A DNA stretch of 51,889 nucleotides from an uncultured Candidatus Saccharibacteria bacterium (GTDB lineage Bacteria > Patescibacteriota > Minisyncoccia > Portnoybacterales > UBA2143): the NCBI GenBank assembly GCA_964403725.1, contig CAYOHI010000001.1, positions 46,091 to 97,979 on the forward strand, written 5' to 3'. Positions within the stretch are counted from its first letter, which is position 1, and each line of letters begins with the position of its first letter. Positions 24,523-32,988 of this stretch are shown here, in pieces. The notes under the pieces are model-generated. The model searched no databases, was not told the origin of the DNA, and saw only the letters and a list, made by a program, of their open reading frames with translations. The position numbers and the translations under genes were made by a program.

Positions 24523-26036
24523 ATATGATCAAAGATTTAGAGACACAAAAACAATATTTAAAAGATTTAAAGACCCCCATATTCGGAGCCGGAGTTTATG
24601 TCTGGGACAGATTGGGCTTAGAAAATATCATTGATAATTACAGGATTCTAGCCCTGCGCTATAGTCTGGATACAGAATTAATCGAAAAAGATATTGAAAT
24701 ATTATCTTTGGAAAAAGGCATGGGCAACAGGCATATTAGAGAACCTCGCAATGCTACTACTGTCATCGGTCATCCAAAAACAAGAAAATTCTTAGACAAA
24801 TTCACTTCTCAAGAAAGACCAGCCATCCTAGTCTACAAGCCTTCAACTAAAATGGAGAAAATTTGCAAAGAGAATAATTGGAATTTACTGGCCAATCCTA
24901 CTTCTTTTGGCAAGGAAACATTGGAAAACAAGATTAAATTCAGGAAAATACTAAAGGAAATCGGCGTTCCTGTACCGCCAGGAAAAATATCTTCAGTTGA
25001 TAAATTACATTACGGTCATCTGATGAATAAATACGGATTGCCTTTCGTTATCCAGCATCCGACTAAAGGCGGCGGCAAAGGAACTTTTTTCATTAACAAT
25101 CAAGAAGATTTTGATAAAGCCTTTAAGAAATTGAAAGGCAGATGGAAGCCTGGATTGCAAGACGATGCAGAGACGAAATATGAGCAAGTCCCTGAAGCCT
25201 TAGTGGCTAAATATATTCAAGGATCATCCCCTAGTATAACTGGATGTGTTACCAGACACGGCATCATTTCAACGAATCTTCAGCATCAGATTGTCGATAT
25301 TCCTGAATTATTCAGCCCAGAAAAGGGATCTGGCCTGTTCTGCGGCCATGATTGGACAGCTTCGGAATTCGATGATGAAGTCAAAAGTCAGGCCTATGAA
25401 GCTGTTGAAAAAATCGGCCAATATTTCAAATCATTAGGTTACAAGGGTATTTTCGGATTAGATTTTGTCTTAGATAGAGAAACCAACAAACTCTATACTG
25501 TAGAATGCAACCCTCGACTGGTCGGCTCTTTCCCTGTTTTGCCTATGACACAAGAACTGAACAACGAGCCTTCAATTTTAGCTTTCCATATTATGGAATT
25601 CCTTAACTTAGATTATGAGATTGATTTGGATGAAATCAACCGCCTGATGAGACAGGACAAGATCGGAACCCAGATGATATCGCACAACCTGACCAAGCGA
25701 TGGGCCAGAAACCATAAACAGATGAAAGCAGGTGTTTACAAACTAGACAATGATGAATTAAAATACTTAAGGCCTGGGTACAAGCTGACACACATTAAAA
25801 ATGATGAAGAGTTCGTCTTGGCTGACGGCATCCAGTTCAAGAAATCCCCTTTCAGCCCCAATAGAAGATTAGGTCGCATCTTAACCCTAAAAAGAGTATT
25901 GGATGATTCATACAAGCAATTAACACCTTGGGCTCTGAAAGTCACTGAAGAGATACATAAGGCCCATGATTTAAAACCAGTCAGATTTCTAAAAATTAAG
26001 AAGTTTTTTAACCCAAATATTCTGGCCAAAGGATAA
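24519..26036 (+). CDS. ATP-grasp domain protein (505 aa), substrate unknown
   Basis: KIKFRKILKEIGVPVP...PFVIQHPTKGGGKGTFFI...GIFGLDFVLDRETNKLYTVECNPRLVGSFP. 4-nt overlap with the previous gene. Confidence 0.7.
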   Translation: MNMIKDLETQKQYLKDLKTPIFGAGVYVWDRLGLENIIDNYRILALRYSLDTELIEKDIEILSLEKGMGNRHIREPRNATTVIGHPKTRKFLDKFTSQERPAILVYKPSTKMEKICKENNWNLLANPTSFGKETLENKIKFRKILKEIGVPVPPGKISSVDKLHYGHLMNKYGLPFVIQHPTKGGGKGTFFINNQEDFDKAFKKLKGRWKPGLQDDAETKYEQVPEALVAKYIQGSSPSITGCVTRHGIISTNLQHQIVDIPELFSPEKGSGLFCGHDWTASEFDDEVKSQAYEAVEKIGQYFKSLGYKGIFGLDFVLDRETNKLYTVECNPRLVGSFPVLPMTQELNNEPSILAFHIMEFLNLDYEIDLDEINRLMRQDKIGTQMISHNLTKRWARNHKQMKAGVYKLDNDELKYLRPGYKLTHIKNDEEFVLADGIQFKKSPFSPNRRLGRILTLKRVLDDSYKQLTPWALKVTEEIHKAHDLKPVRFLKIKKFFNPNILAKG

Positions 26037-27053
26037 ATGATTTCAGTCACCGAAAAAAACTTAAAAGATATTTTTAAATATGGAGGCCAGTATTTAATTT
26101 TAAAAGAGTCTCTTAAAAAGAAGATCAAATGCTCCGTTTTAATCCAGAAAAAGGGCAATAGGAAGAATATATATATCAAGCTTAAGAAAGATGGTAAATC
26201 CCGTTGGTTGAGCCACCAAAAGGGATTTTTTAATTCAAAGCTCAGTTGTGAATTGGCTTTGTCGAAATATTTAACTTACAAAGCTCTGGAATCGATAAAA
26301 TCACCCATCCCCCAATTTATTAAGATTAACAAGACCGATAAAATTGGTGAAATTAAGATTCCAGAACCCTGGGTTATCAAGCCGATCAACCAGACTAAGG
26401 GACGAGACGTAGTAATCAAGATTAAGACCAAAGAACGGCTTAAAAAAGTGGCCAGAAGATTATTCAAGAAATACAAATATCTGATGATTGAAGAATTCAT
26501 CCAAGGAAAAGATTACAGACTCTTAATTTTAAACAACAAGTTAATTGGCGCTGTCAGAAGAATCCCAGCCAAAATAAAGGGAGACGGAATCCATAATATC
26601 AAGCAATTAATTGAAATTAGCAACAAAAAAGAACGAAGAATTAAAGCCAAACAACTGGCTCCATTTATTAAAAAAATTAAAATTGATTCAGAAGTCAAAA
26701 GATGTCTTGCCCAGAAGAAATTAAGATTGACTTCTGTTCCAAAAAAGAATCAGATTGTCCAAGTCAGAAAAAATGCCAATTTCAGCACTGGCGGCGAGGC
26801 TGAAGACGTAACCAAATCAGTCCATCCTGATAATATTAAAATAGCCCGCAAAGCAGTAAAAGCTCTGGGGCTAAAGATCGGAGGGGTTGATATTATTACC
26901 AAGGATATCTCAAAATCTATTCTTAAAAGCAAAGGCAAGGTTATTGAAATTAACGGAATTCCTTCGCTTTGGCTCCATCATTTCCCGAATCAAGGCAAAG
27001 GCCAGAATACAACTAGTAAAGTTATTGATTATTTATTTAAAAATCACCTTTGA
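26037..27053 (+). CDS. ATP-grasp ligase resembling the cyanophycin-synthetase G-domain / RimK group
   Basis: 338 aa. GKDYRLLILNNKLIGAVRRIPAKIKGDGIHNIKQLIE...ANFSTGGEAEDVTKSVHPDNIKIARKAVKALGLKIGGVDIITKDI closely follows the CphA ATP-grasp consensus as I remember it. It starts on the base after the previous stop. Confidence 0.7.
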   Translation: MISVTEKNLKDIFKYGGQYLILKESLKKKIKCSVLIQKKGNRKNIYIKLKKDGKSRWLSHQKGFFNSKLSCELALSKYLTYKALESIKSPIPQFIKINKTDKIGEIKIPEPWVIKPINQTKGRDVVIKIKTKERLKKVARRLFKKYKYLMIEEFIQGKDYRLLILNNKLIGAVRRIPAKIKGDGIHNIKQLIEISNKKERRIKAKQLAPFIKKIKIDSEVKRCLAQKKLRLTSVPKKNQIVQVRKNANFSTGGEAEDVTKSVHPDNIKIARKAVKALGLKIGGVDIITKDISKSILKSKGKVIEINGIPSLWLHHFPNQGKGQNTTSKVIDYLFKNHL

Positions 27054-27850
27054 TAAACACTGAAATGAGGAGCGGTAATCTGAGATATTTCCAGACAAGT
27101 TATCCCTTCTTTTCTGTACCGATTACAGCTGCCAGAACCCCCGTTATGCTCATAAACAACATCTTTTCGAGGGAAACCAGACGCTACGAGACTATCAAAG
27201 ACATCTTTTACATCACTAGGATCATCGCTGCGATCCGTTAAATTAACATCAACACATGTCCCGTTATAATGACAGGGAGACTGATGATTAACTGTTGGAG
27301 GCCAACCTTCAGTCACCCACCAATCAGAACAAGTAGGATCACTGTTGCACCTCGCATAAGCATCATTCAACAAGGTTGCCATAACAGGCGTAATCTTATT
27401 ACTACTACCAGGCTTAACCGGTACTGTCATAGCCACGCAAGTCGGACAGTCAACGCTGTGCTGCATTGGCGGCATCATAGTCACACTTGGCAGGTTAGGA
27501 GATTGATTCTGCAGCAATACGGGATTGATGGTATTAAGGATTAAGTAAGTAGCTAGTCCCAGTACTAATCCAGACAGGGCTCCGGTAATGTAGTCTTTAG
27601 CCTTATCCTTGGAAGTGACTGTGTCTGAGAGCATATAGAGGAATCCTCCATAGACCAGCATGCCCAGTGCTGCTATGCCTACTGCACCCAGTCCTATGAA
27701 GTATATATAGCTCAGATACTGAGGTAATGTGAATGTAGCCATCGAAGTCGCGCCTGGGAGGGTTATCTCTACTTGGTAGCCGGCCAAAGCAAAATTAACA
27801 ACAAAAAAGAGGTTTAATAATATAATTAGTATTAAAACTAATTTTTTCAT
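27044..27850 (-). CDS. T4SS-type pilin module (signal peptide + two TM helices) fused to a Cys-rich C-terminal domain with a LAS/M15 zinc-peptidase-like motif
   Basis: 268 aa. Residues 23-127 are near-identical to residues 25-129 of 41408..41965. The C-terminus carries VTEGWPPTVNHQSPCHYNGTCVDV (H-x7-D spacing as in SxHxxGxAxD) and a distal APHFSV. ATGA overlap with the tyrS stop. Confidence 0.6.
   Translation of the reverse strand: MKKLVLILIILLNLFFVVNFALAGYQVEITLPGATSMATFTLPQYLSYIYFIGLGAVGIAALGMLVYGGFLYMLSDTVTSKDKAKDYITGALSGLVLGLATYLILNTINPVLLQNQSPNLPSVTMMPPMQHSVDCPTCVAMTVPVKPGSSNKITPVMATLLNDAYARCNSDPTCSDWWVTEGWPPTVNHQSPCHYNGTCVDVNLTDRSDDPSDVKDVFDSLVASGFPRKDVVYEHNGGSGSCNRYRKEGITCLEISQITAPHFSVYQR
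27471..27784 (-). repeat. copy 1 of a 314-bp direct repeat (pilin module)
   Basis: Hand alignment to 41580-41893 gives about 20 mismatches in 314 positions. The stretch 27606-27724 is identical to 41715-41833 (119 nt). Confidence 0.9.
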
Positions 27851-29049
27851 AAATTAACCTTAATAAATTTCCTTTTGCCTACTTGGATAATCATTCCCTT
27901 TTTCACTTCAATCTCTTTTTGCCAGTCTTTAACTTTCTGATCATCAATCTTGACTCCACCTTGCTCAACCAATCTTTTAGCTTCTCCTTTACTAGGAGTC
28001 ATCTTTGTTTCTACTAATAAATCTAAAATTTGATGTTTCTTTTTATCTGTCTTGAAAACAGGGATTTCTGTTGGCTTGTCTTTGTCTTTAAATACTTTTT
28101 CAAATTCTTTCTCTGCTTTTTCTGCATCCTTCTTGCTGTAATAAAGAGCAACCAATTCTCTAGCTAACCTCGCTTTGGCATCTCTTGGATTCAATTTATC
28201 AGCCTTCATATCGCTTTCCATTTTTTTAATTTCATCCATATCCACGCTTGTACACAATTCTAATCCTGGAATAATCAAGCCGTCAGACCAAGCCATGACT
28301 TGGCCGAACATTTCATTAGGACTTTCATCTAGGTTAATGATATTGCCTTCTGTCTTACCCATCTTCTTGCCTGATGGATCAGCTAGTAATTTAGTGGTTA
28401 GGACGAATTTTTCTTTGTTTTTAATAGCCTTCATCAAGTCTCTTCCTCTGAGCATATTGAAAGTCTGGTCATTGCCTCCGATTTCCAAATCAACATCCAT
28501 GCCGACACTGTCATAACCTTGGGCTAAAGGATAGAGAAATTCATGCAGATAGATCGGCTCATTATTCTTAATCCTTTCTTGGAACATATCCCTGACCATC
28601 ATCTGCTGAACTGTGAAATTAGAGGCGATTTCAATCAAATCAATAAAGCTCAGCTTATCGCTCCATTCACTGTTGTTCATAACCTTGGCCGGATTCTTTC
28701 CTGAAAAATCCAATATCTTACCAGCTTGTTCCTGATAGAATTCAGAATTCTCAAGAACTTCCTTTCTGGTCATCTTCTTGCGGGCTGCCGTCTTGTCGGT
28801 CGGATCGCCAATCATGCCCGTAAAATCGCCGATCAAGAAAATTACTTCATGGCCTAATCTCTGGAATTGGGCTAATTTCATAATTTGGATAGCATTGCCG
28901 ATATGCAAAGACTTAGCGCTAGGATCAAAACCACAATACAACCTAATTTTCTTATCAGACCTCAATACTTTTTCAAAAGTTTCCCTATCAGGGTAAATAT
29001 TCTCTACCCCACGGGTCAAAACCTCCTTAATTTGTTGTTCTTTATTCAT
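27847..29049 (-). CDS. tyrS: tyrosyl-tRNA synthetase
   Basis: 400 aa from ATG 29049 (MNKEQQIKEVLTRGVENIYPD). HIGH motif SLHIGNA, KMSKS-like KKMGKT and a C-terminal S4 domain (SKGEAKRLVEQGGVKIDDQKV). The track's 88-codon N-terminal extension looks non-coding. Confidence 0.9.
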   Translation of the reverse strand: MNKEQQIKEVLTRGVENIYPDRETFEKVLRSDKKIRLYCGFDPSAKSLHIGNAIQIMKLAQFQRLGHEVIFLIGDFTGMIGDPTDKTAARKKMTRKEVLENSEFYQEQAGKILDFSGKNPAKVMNNSEWSDKLSFIDLIEIASNFTVQQMMVRDMFQERIKNNEPIYLHEFLYPLAQGYDSVGMDVDLEIGGNDQTFNMLRGRDLMKAIKNKEKFVLTTKLLADPSGKKMGKTEGNIINLDESPNEMFGQVMAWSDGLIIPGLELCTSVDMDEIKKMESDMKADKLNPRDAKARLARELVALYYSKKDAEKAEKEFEKVFKDKDKPTEIPVFKTDKKKHQILDLLVETKMTPSKGEAKRLVEQGGVKIDDQKVKDWQKEIEVKKGMIIQVGKRKFIKVNL

Positions 29050-29116
29050 AATATTGCCCTTATCTACTGATATATTAAATATATCACCCTTGATAAAAAT
29101 AAGCAATTCTGTCAAA

Positions 29117-31648
29117 ATGTATAATATGTTAATAAGAAGTGGAAAAGTAGTAAGAACATTTATCAAAATCTTAATATTCCTAATACTAATCGGTTTCCTT
29201 TTTGGAATCGGCGTTTTAGCATATTTTGCCAAAGATCTACCAGATCCGACTAAGATCGACGAACGGCAAGTCGTAGAATCGACCAAAATATATGACAGGA
29301 CTGGCCAAGTCATCCTTTATGATATCCATGGCGAAGAAAAAAGAACCATTATTCCTTTTGAAGATATCCATCAGCACGTCAAAGACGCCACTATTGTCGC
29401 TGAAGACGATAATTTCTACCACCATATCGGCATAGATTGGCGGGGTATTATTAGATCTTTTATCGCCAACTTTAGGAATAGTAGAATTTCACAAGGCGCT
29501 TCGACTATCACCCAGCAATTCATTAAAAATGCATACTTAGGTGGCCCTCAGGCAGAAAGGACGTATACCCGTAAAATTAAGGAAGTGATTCTATCAGTCA
29601 TTATGGAAAGAAAGTATTCCAAGGATGAAATCCTAGGATTCTACTTAAATCAAGTCCCATACGGCTCAAACGCCTATGGCATTGAAGCAGCAGCTCAGAC
29701 TTTCTTCAATAAATCAGCTAAAGAATTGAATTTGGCTGAAACCAGCCTTTTAGCTGCTCTGCCTAACGGCCCAAGCTATTACTCCCCTTACGGATCCCAC
29801 CCTGAAGAATTAAAGGAAAGACAAGAATATATTCTGGACAGGATGGTTAAATTCGGATACATCAATAAAGAAGAAGCAGAAAGCGCCAAGCAGGAAGAAT
29901 TAAAATATGCTTCTAAGGGAGATTTGAAAGCGCATCATTTTGTCACCATGATTCAGGAATATTTAGAAGAAGAATACAGCCGAAACTACAGCGATATCAA
30001 TATGGCTGGACTGAAAGTTTATACTACCCTAGATTGGGATCTACAGCAATTAGCTGAAGAGATCATTACAGAAAAAGCGGAAACAAATGAAAAAACCTAC
30101 AGAGCCAGCAATGCGGCTCTAGTCAGCATCGATCCAAAAACAGGACAAGTATTAACTCTGGTCGGATCCAAGAATTACAGTGAGGACCAGTTCAACGTAG
30201 CTACCAGCCCGAACAGGCAACCTGGATCTTCTTTCAAGCCTTTTGCTTACGCTATGGCATTTGAAAAAGGATATAGTCCGGCCAGTATTCTTTTTGATCT
30301 AGAAACGAGCTTTGGCGAATTCGGCCCGGTCGGCGAAGAGAAAGAATACAAGCCGAACAACTATGACTTGAAATTCAGAGGACCGATCAGCATGAGAGAC
30401 TCCTTAGCCCAGTCAGTCAACGTTACTTCAGTTAAAGCCCTTTACTTAGCTGGCGTTAACGATACCATCAATCTAGCCCAGGATATGGGCATCACTACCT
30501 TAAAAGACAGAGGCAGATACAGCCTATCTCTGGTTCTTGGCGGCGGAGAAGTTAAATTAATCGATGAAACGGCAGCTTACGGAGTTTTCGCCACAGAAGG
30601 AACCAGACATCCAACTAAATTAATCTTAAGAATTGAAGATTCCAAGGGAAATATTTTAGAAGAATACGAAGATGATCCAAAGAAAGTTTTAAGCGAACAG
30701 ACAGCCAGGCAGATCAGCGATGTCTTATCGGATGAAGCTGCCAGAATCCCTGTCTTTGGACCTAAGTCAGACCTATACCTATCTGGCCGGCCAGCTGCTG
30801 CCAAAACCGGTACAACTCAAGATTACGCCGATGGTTGGACAATCGGATACACCCCTAGTCTGGTCACTGGCGTCTGGGCTGGGAATAATGATTTTACCGA
30901 TAAGATGAAGCCTGGGGCAGCCGGCCTTTATGTCGCCTCCCCTATTTGGAACGAATTCATGAGTAGAGCTTATGAATTAAAAATTGAAGATAATGATAAT
31001 ACTATTACTGATGAAGAAAATATTATTGAAAACGAATTTTTCTTACCTGAGAAAACAGAACAATTCACTTCTCCGGAACCAGTAGCTAGTAGCACTACGC
31101 CAATGATTAATGGAGAATTGGCATATATGAATAAGGTGAAAATTGACAGGATTTCTGGGAAATTAGCTACTGAACTGACTCCGCCTGATCTGATTACAGA
31201 AAAAACTTACCAGGAAGTCCACTCAATCCTTTACTATATCGACCAAGATGACGAACAATTCAATAATTGGGAACCAGCTGTTCAGACTTGGGTTTCAAGC
31301 CAGTCATGCTCTTCTGGGAATATTTGTTACAATCAAAATCCACCAACTGAATATGACGACATCCATACAAAAGAAAACCAGCCTGATGTAGAAATCACTT
31401 CCCCAATGGAAGATACGACTATTAACGGCTCAAGCTTAACCATTCAAGCTGATGCATTCGCTAAATTAGGAATTAAGCAAGTTGATTTCTTCTTAAACGA
31501 TCAATTAATTGGAACTGATAGAACTCTGCCTTATTCAGTAACTTTTAATCCTATTCCCTATTTAACAGGTGATGAACAAATAATTAAAGTAAGAGCCTAT
31601 GATATGGTTTTAAATAGGCAAGAAGATGAGATTAATGTAGATTATTAA
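29117..31648 (+). CDS. class A penicillin-binding protein (glycosyltransferase + transpeptidase) with a C-terminal Ig-like domain
   Basis: GT51 motifs EDDNFYHHIGID, GASTITQQ and RKIKE. Transpeptidase motifs SSFKP, SVN and KTGT. The last ~90 aa are beta-rich and Ig-like. Start taken at ATG 29117 (MYNMLIRSGK, before the TM helix). Confidence 0.9.
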   Translation: MYNMLIRSGKVVRTFIKILIFLILIGFLFGIGVLAYFAKDLPDPTKIDERQVVESTKIYDRTGQVILYDIHGEEKRTIIPFEDIHQHVKDATIVAEDDNFYHHIGIDWRGIIRSFIANFRNSRISQGASTITQQFIKNAYLGGPQAERTYTRKIKEVILSVIMERKYSKDEILGFYLNQVPYGSNAYGIEAAAQTFFNKSAKELNLAETSLLAALPNGPSYYSPYGSHPEELKERQEYILDRMVKFGYINKEEAESAKQEELKYASKGDLKAHHFVTMIQEYLEEEYSRNYSDINMAGLKVYTTLDWDLQQLAEEIITEKAETNEKTYRASNAALVSIDPKTGQVLTLVGSKNYSEDQFNVATSPNRQPGSSFKPFAYAMAFEKGYSPASILFDLETSFGEFGPVGEEKEYKPNNYDLKFRGPISMRDSLAQSVNVTSVKALYLAGVNDTINLAQDMGITTLKDRGRYSLSLVLGGGEVKLIDETAAYGVFATEGTRHPTKLILRIEDSKGNILEEYEDDPKKVLSEQTARQISDVLSDEAARIPVFGPKSDLYLSGRPAAAKTGTTQDYADGWTIGYTPSLVTGVWAGNNDFTDKMKPGAAGLYVASPIWNEFMSRAYELKIEDNDNTITDEENIIENEFFLPEKTEQFTSPEPVASSTTPMINGELAYMNKVKIDRISGKLATELTPPDLITEKTYQEVHSILYYIDQDDEQFNNWEPAVQTWVSSQSCSSGNICYNQNPPTEYDDIHTKENQPDVEITSPMEDTTINGSSLTIQADAFAKLGIKQVDFFLNDQLIGTDRTLPYSVTFNPIPYLTGDEQIIKVRAYDMVLNRQEDEINVDY

Positions 31649-31670
31649 GATAAATCTTCAAACTAAAAAG

Positions 31671-31693
31671 CGGGGTCATACCCCGCTTTTTTA
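31671..31693. terminator. bidirectional intrinsic terminator (PBP / dnaN)
   Basis: GCGGGGT-CAT-ACCCCGC (31671-31687), flanked by AAAAA and TTTTTT. Confidence 0.8.
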
Positions 31694-31709
31694 ATTCCTT
31701 TAAATAAAC

Positions 31710-32813
31710 TTAAACCTTAATCGGCATAATTACATAAGTATATAATGTGTCGCCCACTGGCCTGGCTACGACAGGCTTTGATTCATCATTTAATCCTAGA
31801 ATTACCTTATCGCTGAAAATATTATTCAATCCGTCTAAGAGATACTTGTAATTAAATATTACTTCCACTTCTTTCCCTGTAATTTCAGCTTCAATTTTTG
31901 ACTTATTCTCACCAATATCAGCATCTTTGGCTAAAACCTCGATAAATGACTTTTTAGGATTGATAGTCATCCTAATATCATTAATCTTTCCACTAAACAA
32001 GCTAGCTACTTTAATATTACTAATCAACTCGCTTCGATCAACAGTAACCTGGGTCTGAAAGCTGCCTGGGATAATCTGTTGATAATCTGGGTATTGTCCT
32101 TCAATAAGCCTTGAAATGACTTGGGCATAGCCTAAATCGAATAAGATTTGGTTACCAGACAGGATCACTTCTACTTCAGTATCTTCTTCCCCTAAGATCC
32201 TGTTAATTTCCTGGATTGTCCTCTGGGGGATAATAATAGATTGAGTTTTAGGCGCTTTTGAGCCATTTATTTCCAAATCTTTTTCTGCTAGGCGAAAACT
32301 ATCCGTTGCCGCTAATTTAATCTTATCCTTATCGAACTTCATGAAAATACCAGATATTTCAGGCCTTGATTCTGATAAGGAAGCCATTTCCACTACTTGA
32401 GAAAAGCCATTCTTCAAAACAATACCTTTGGTTTTCAATAAAGGCTTATCTTTAATCTTAGGAATGATTGGAAAATCATCAGCTGGCAATCCTTTTAAAG
32501 ATGCTTTGAATTTCTTGCATTTAACATCTAGTTGATTACCCTTAGTCTTTAACTCGACTTTTTCATTAGGTAGGTTATTAACAAAATCAGCTAATAGCCT
32601 GGCTGGAATAGTGATACTTCCCTTATCCTGGACTTTCCCGTTAACCCAAGAATTAATGCCGATTTCCAAATTAGTTGAAGATATCTTTAATCTACTTCCC
32701 TCCACTGTTAATAGAAGATTATTTAGGATCGGTAGAGTTAAATTACGACCGATAATCTTCTCAGTAATATTCAATGCTTGTTTTAAATTTTCTTGGAGGC
32801 AAATTATGTGCAT
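31710..32813 (-). CDS. dnaN: DNA polymerase III beta sliding clamp
   Basis: 367 aa with typical N-terminus (LKQALNITEKIIGRNLTLPILNNLLL) and C-terminus (ESKPVVARPVGD..YTYVIMPI). Directly downstream of dnaA. Confidence 0.93.
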   Translation of the reverse strand: MHIICLQENLKQALNITEKIIGRNLTLPILNNLLLTVEGSRLKISSTNLEIGINSWVNGKVQDKGSITIPARLLADFVNNLPNEKVELKTKGNQLDVKCKKFKASLKGLPADDFPIIPKIKDKPLLKTKGIVLKNGFSQVVEMASLSESRPEISGIFMKFDKDKIKLAATDSFRLAEKDLEINGSKAPKTQSIIIPQRTIQEINRILGEEDTEVEVILSGNQILFDLGYAQVISRLIEGQYPDYQQIIPGSFQTQVTVDRSELISNIKVASLFSGKINDIRMTINPKKSFIEVLAKDADIGENKSKIEAEITGKEVEVIFNYKYLLDGLNNIFSDKVILGLNDESKPVVARPVGDTLYTYVIMPIKV

Positions 32814-32959
32814 AAGTTTTTATTTAATAATTAATAATATAAATATTTAAAAAAATTATTATTACTATTAGCCTATCTAAATACGGGGAAAAGTCAATAT
32901 ATTGGGTTAGTAATTGATAATTCTAAATTGTTAAACTGTTAATTTCTCTCTTGTTAATC

Positions 32960-32968
32960 TGTGGATAA
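32960..32968. promoter_or_regulatory. perfect DnaA box
   Basis: TGTGGATAA is the reverse complement of TTATCCACA. It lies in the AT-rich dnaA-dnaN spacer, 20 nt from the dnaA stop. Confidence 0.6.
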
Positions 32969-32988
32969 AATATGAATTATTTTTTGAC

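Noticed and set aside
29054-29116. An alternative upstream (non-ATG) start for the PBP gene.
   Set aside because: The residues before MYNMLIRSGK show no feature. ATG 29117 (or 29126) sits directly before the basic segment and TM helix typical of class A PBPs.
29050-29313. An 88-codon N-terminal extension of tyrS in the ORF track (MTWPVLSYILVDSTTCRSS...).
   Set aside because: The extension has no synthetase similarity and runs through the divergent promoter region, across the start of the PBP gene. The conserved TyrRS sequence begins at ATG 29049 (MNKEQQIKEVLTRG).
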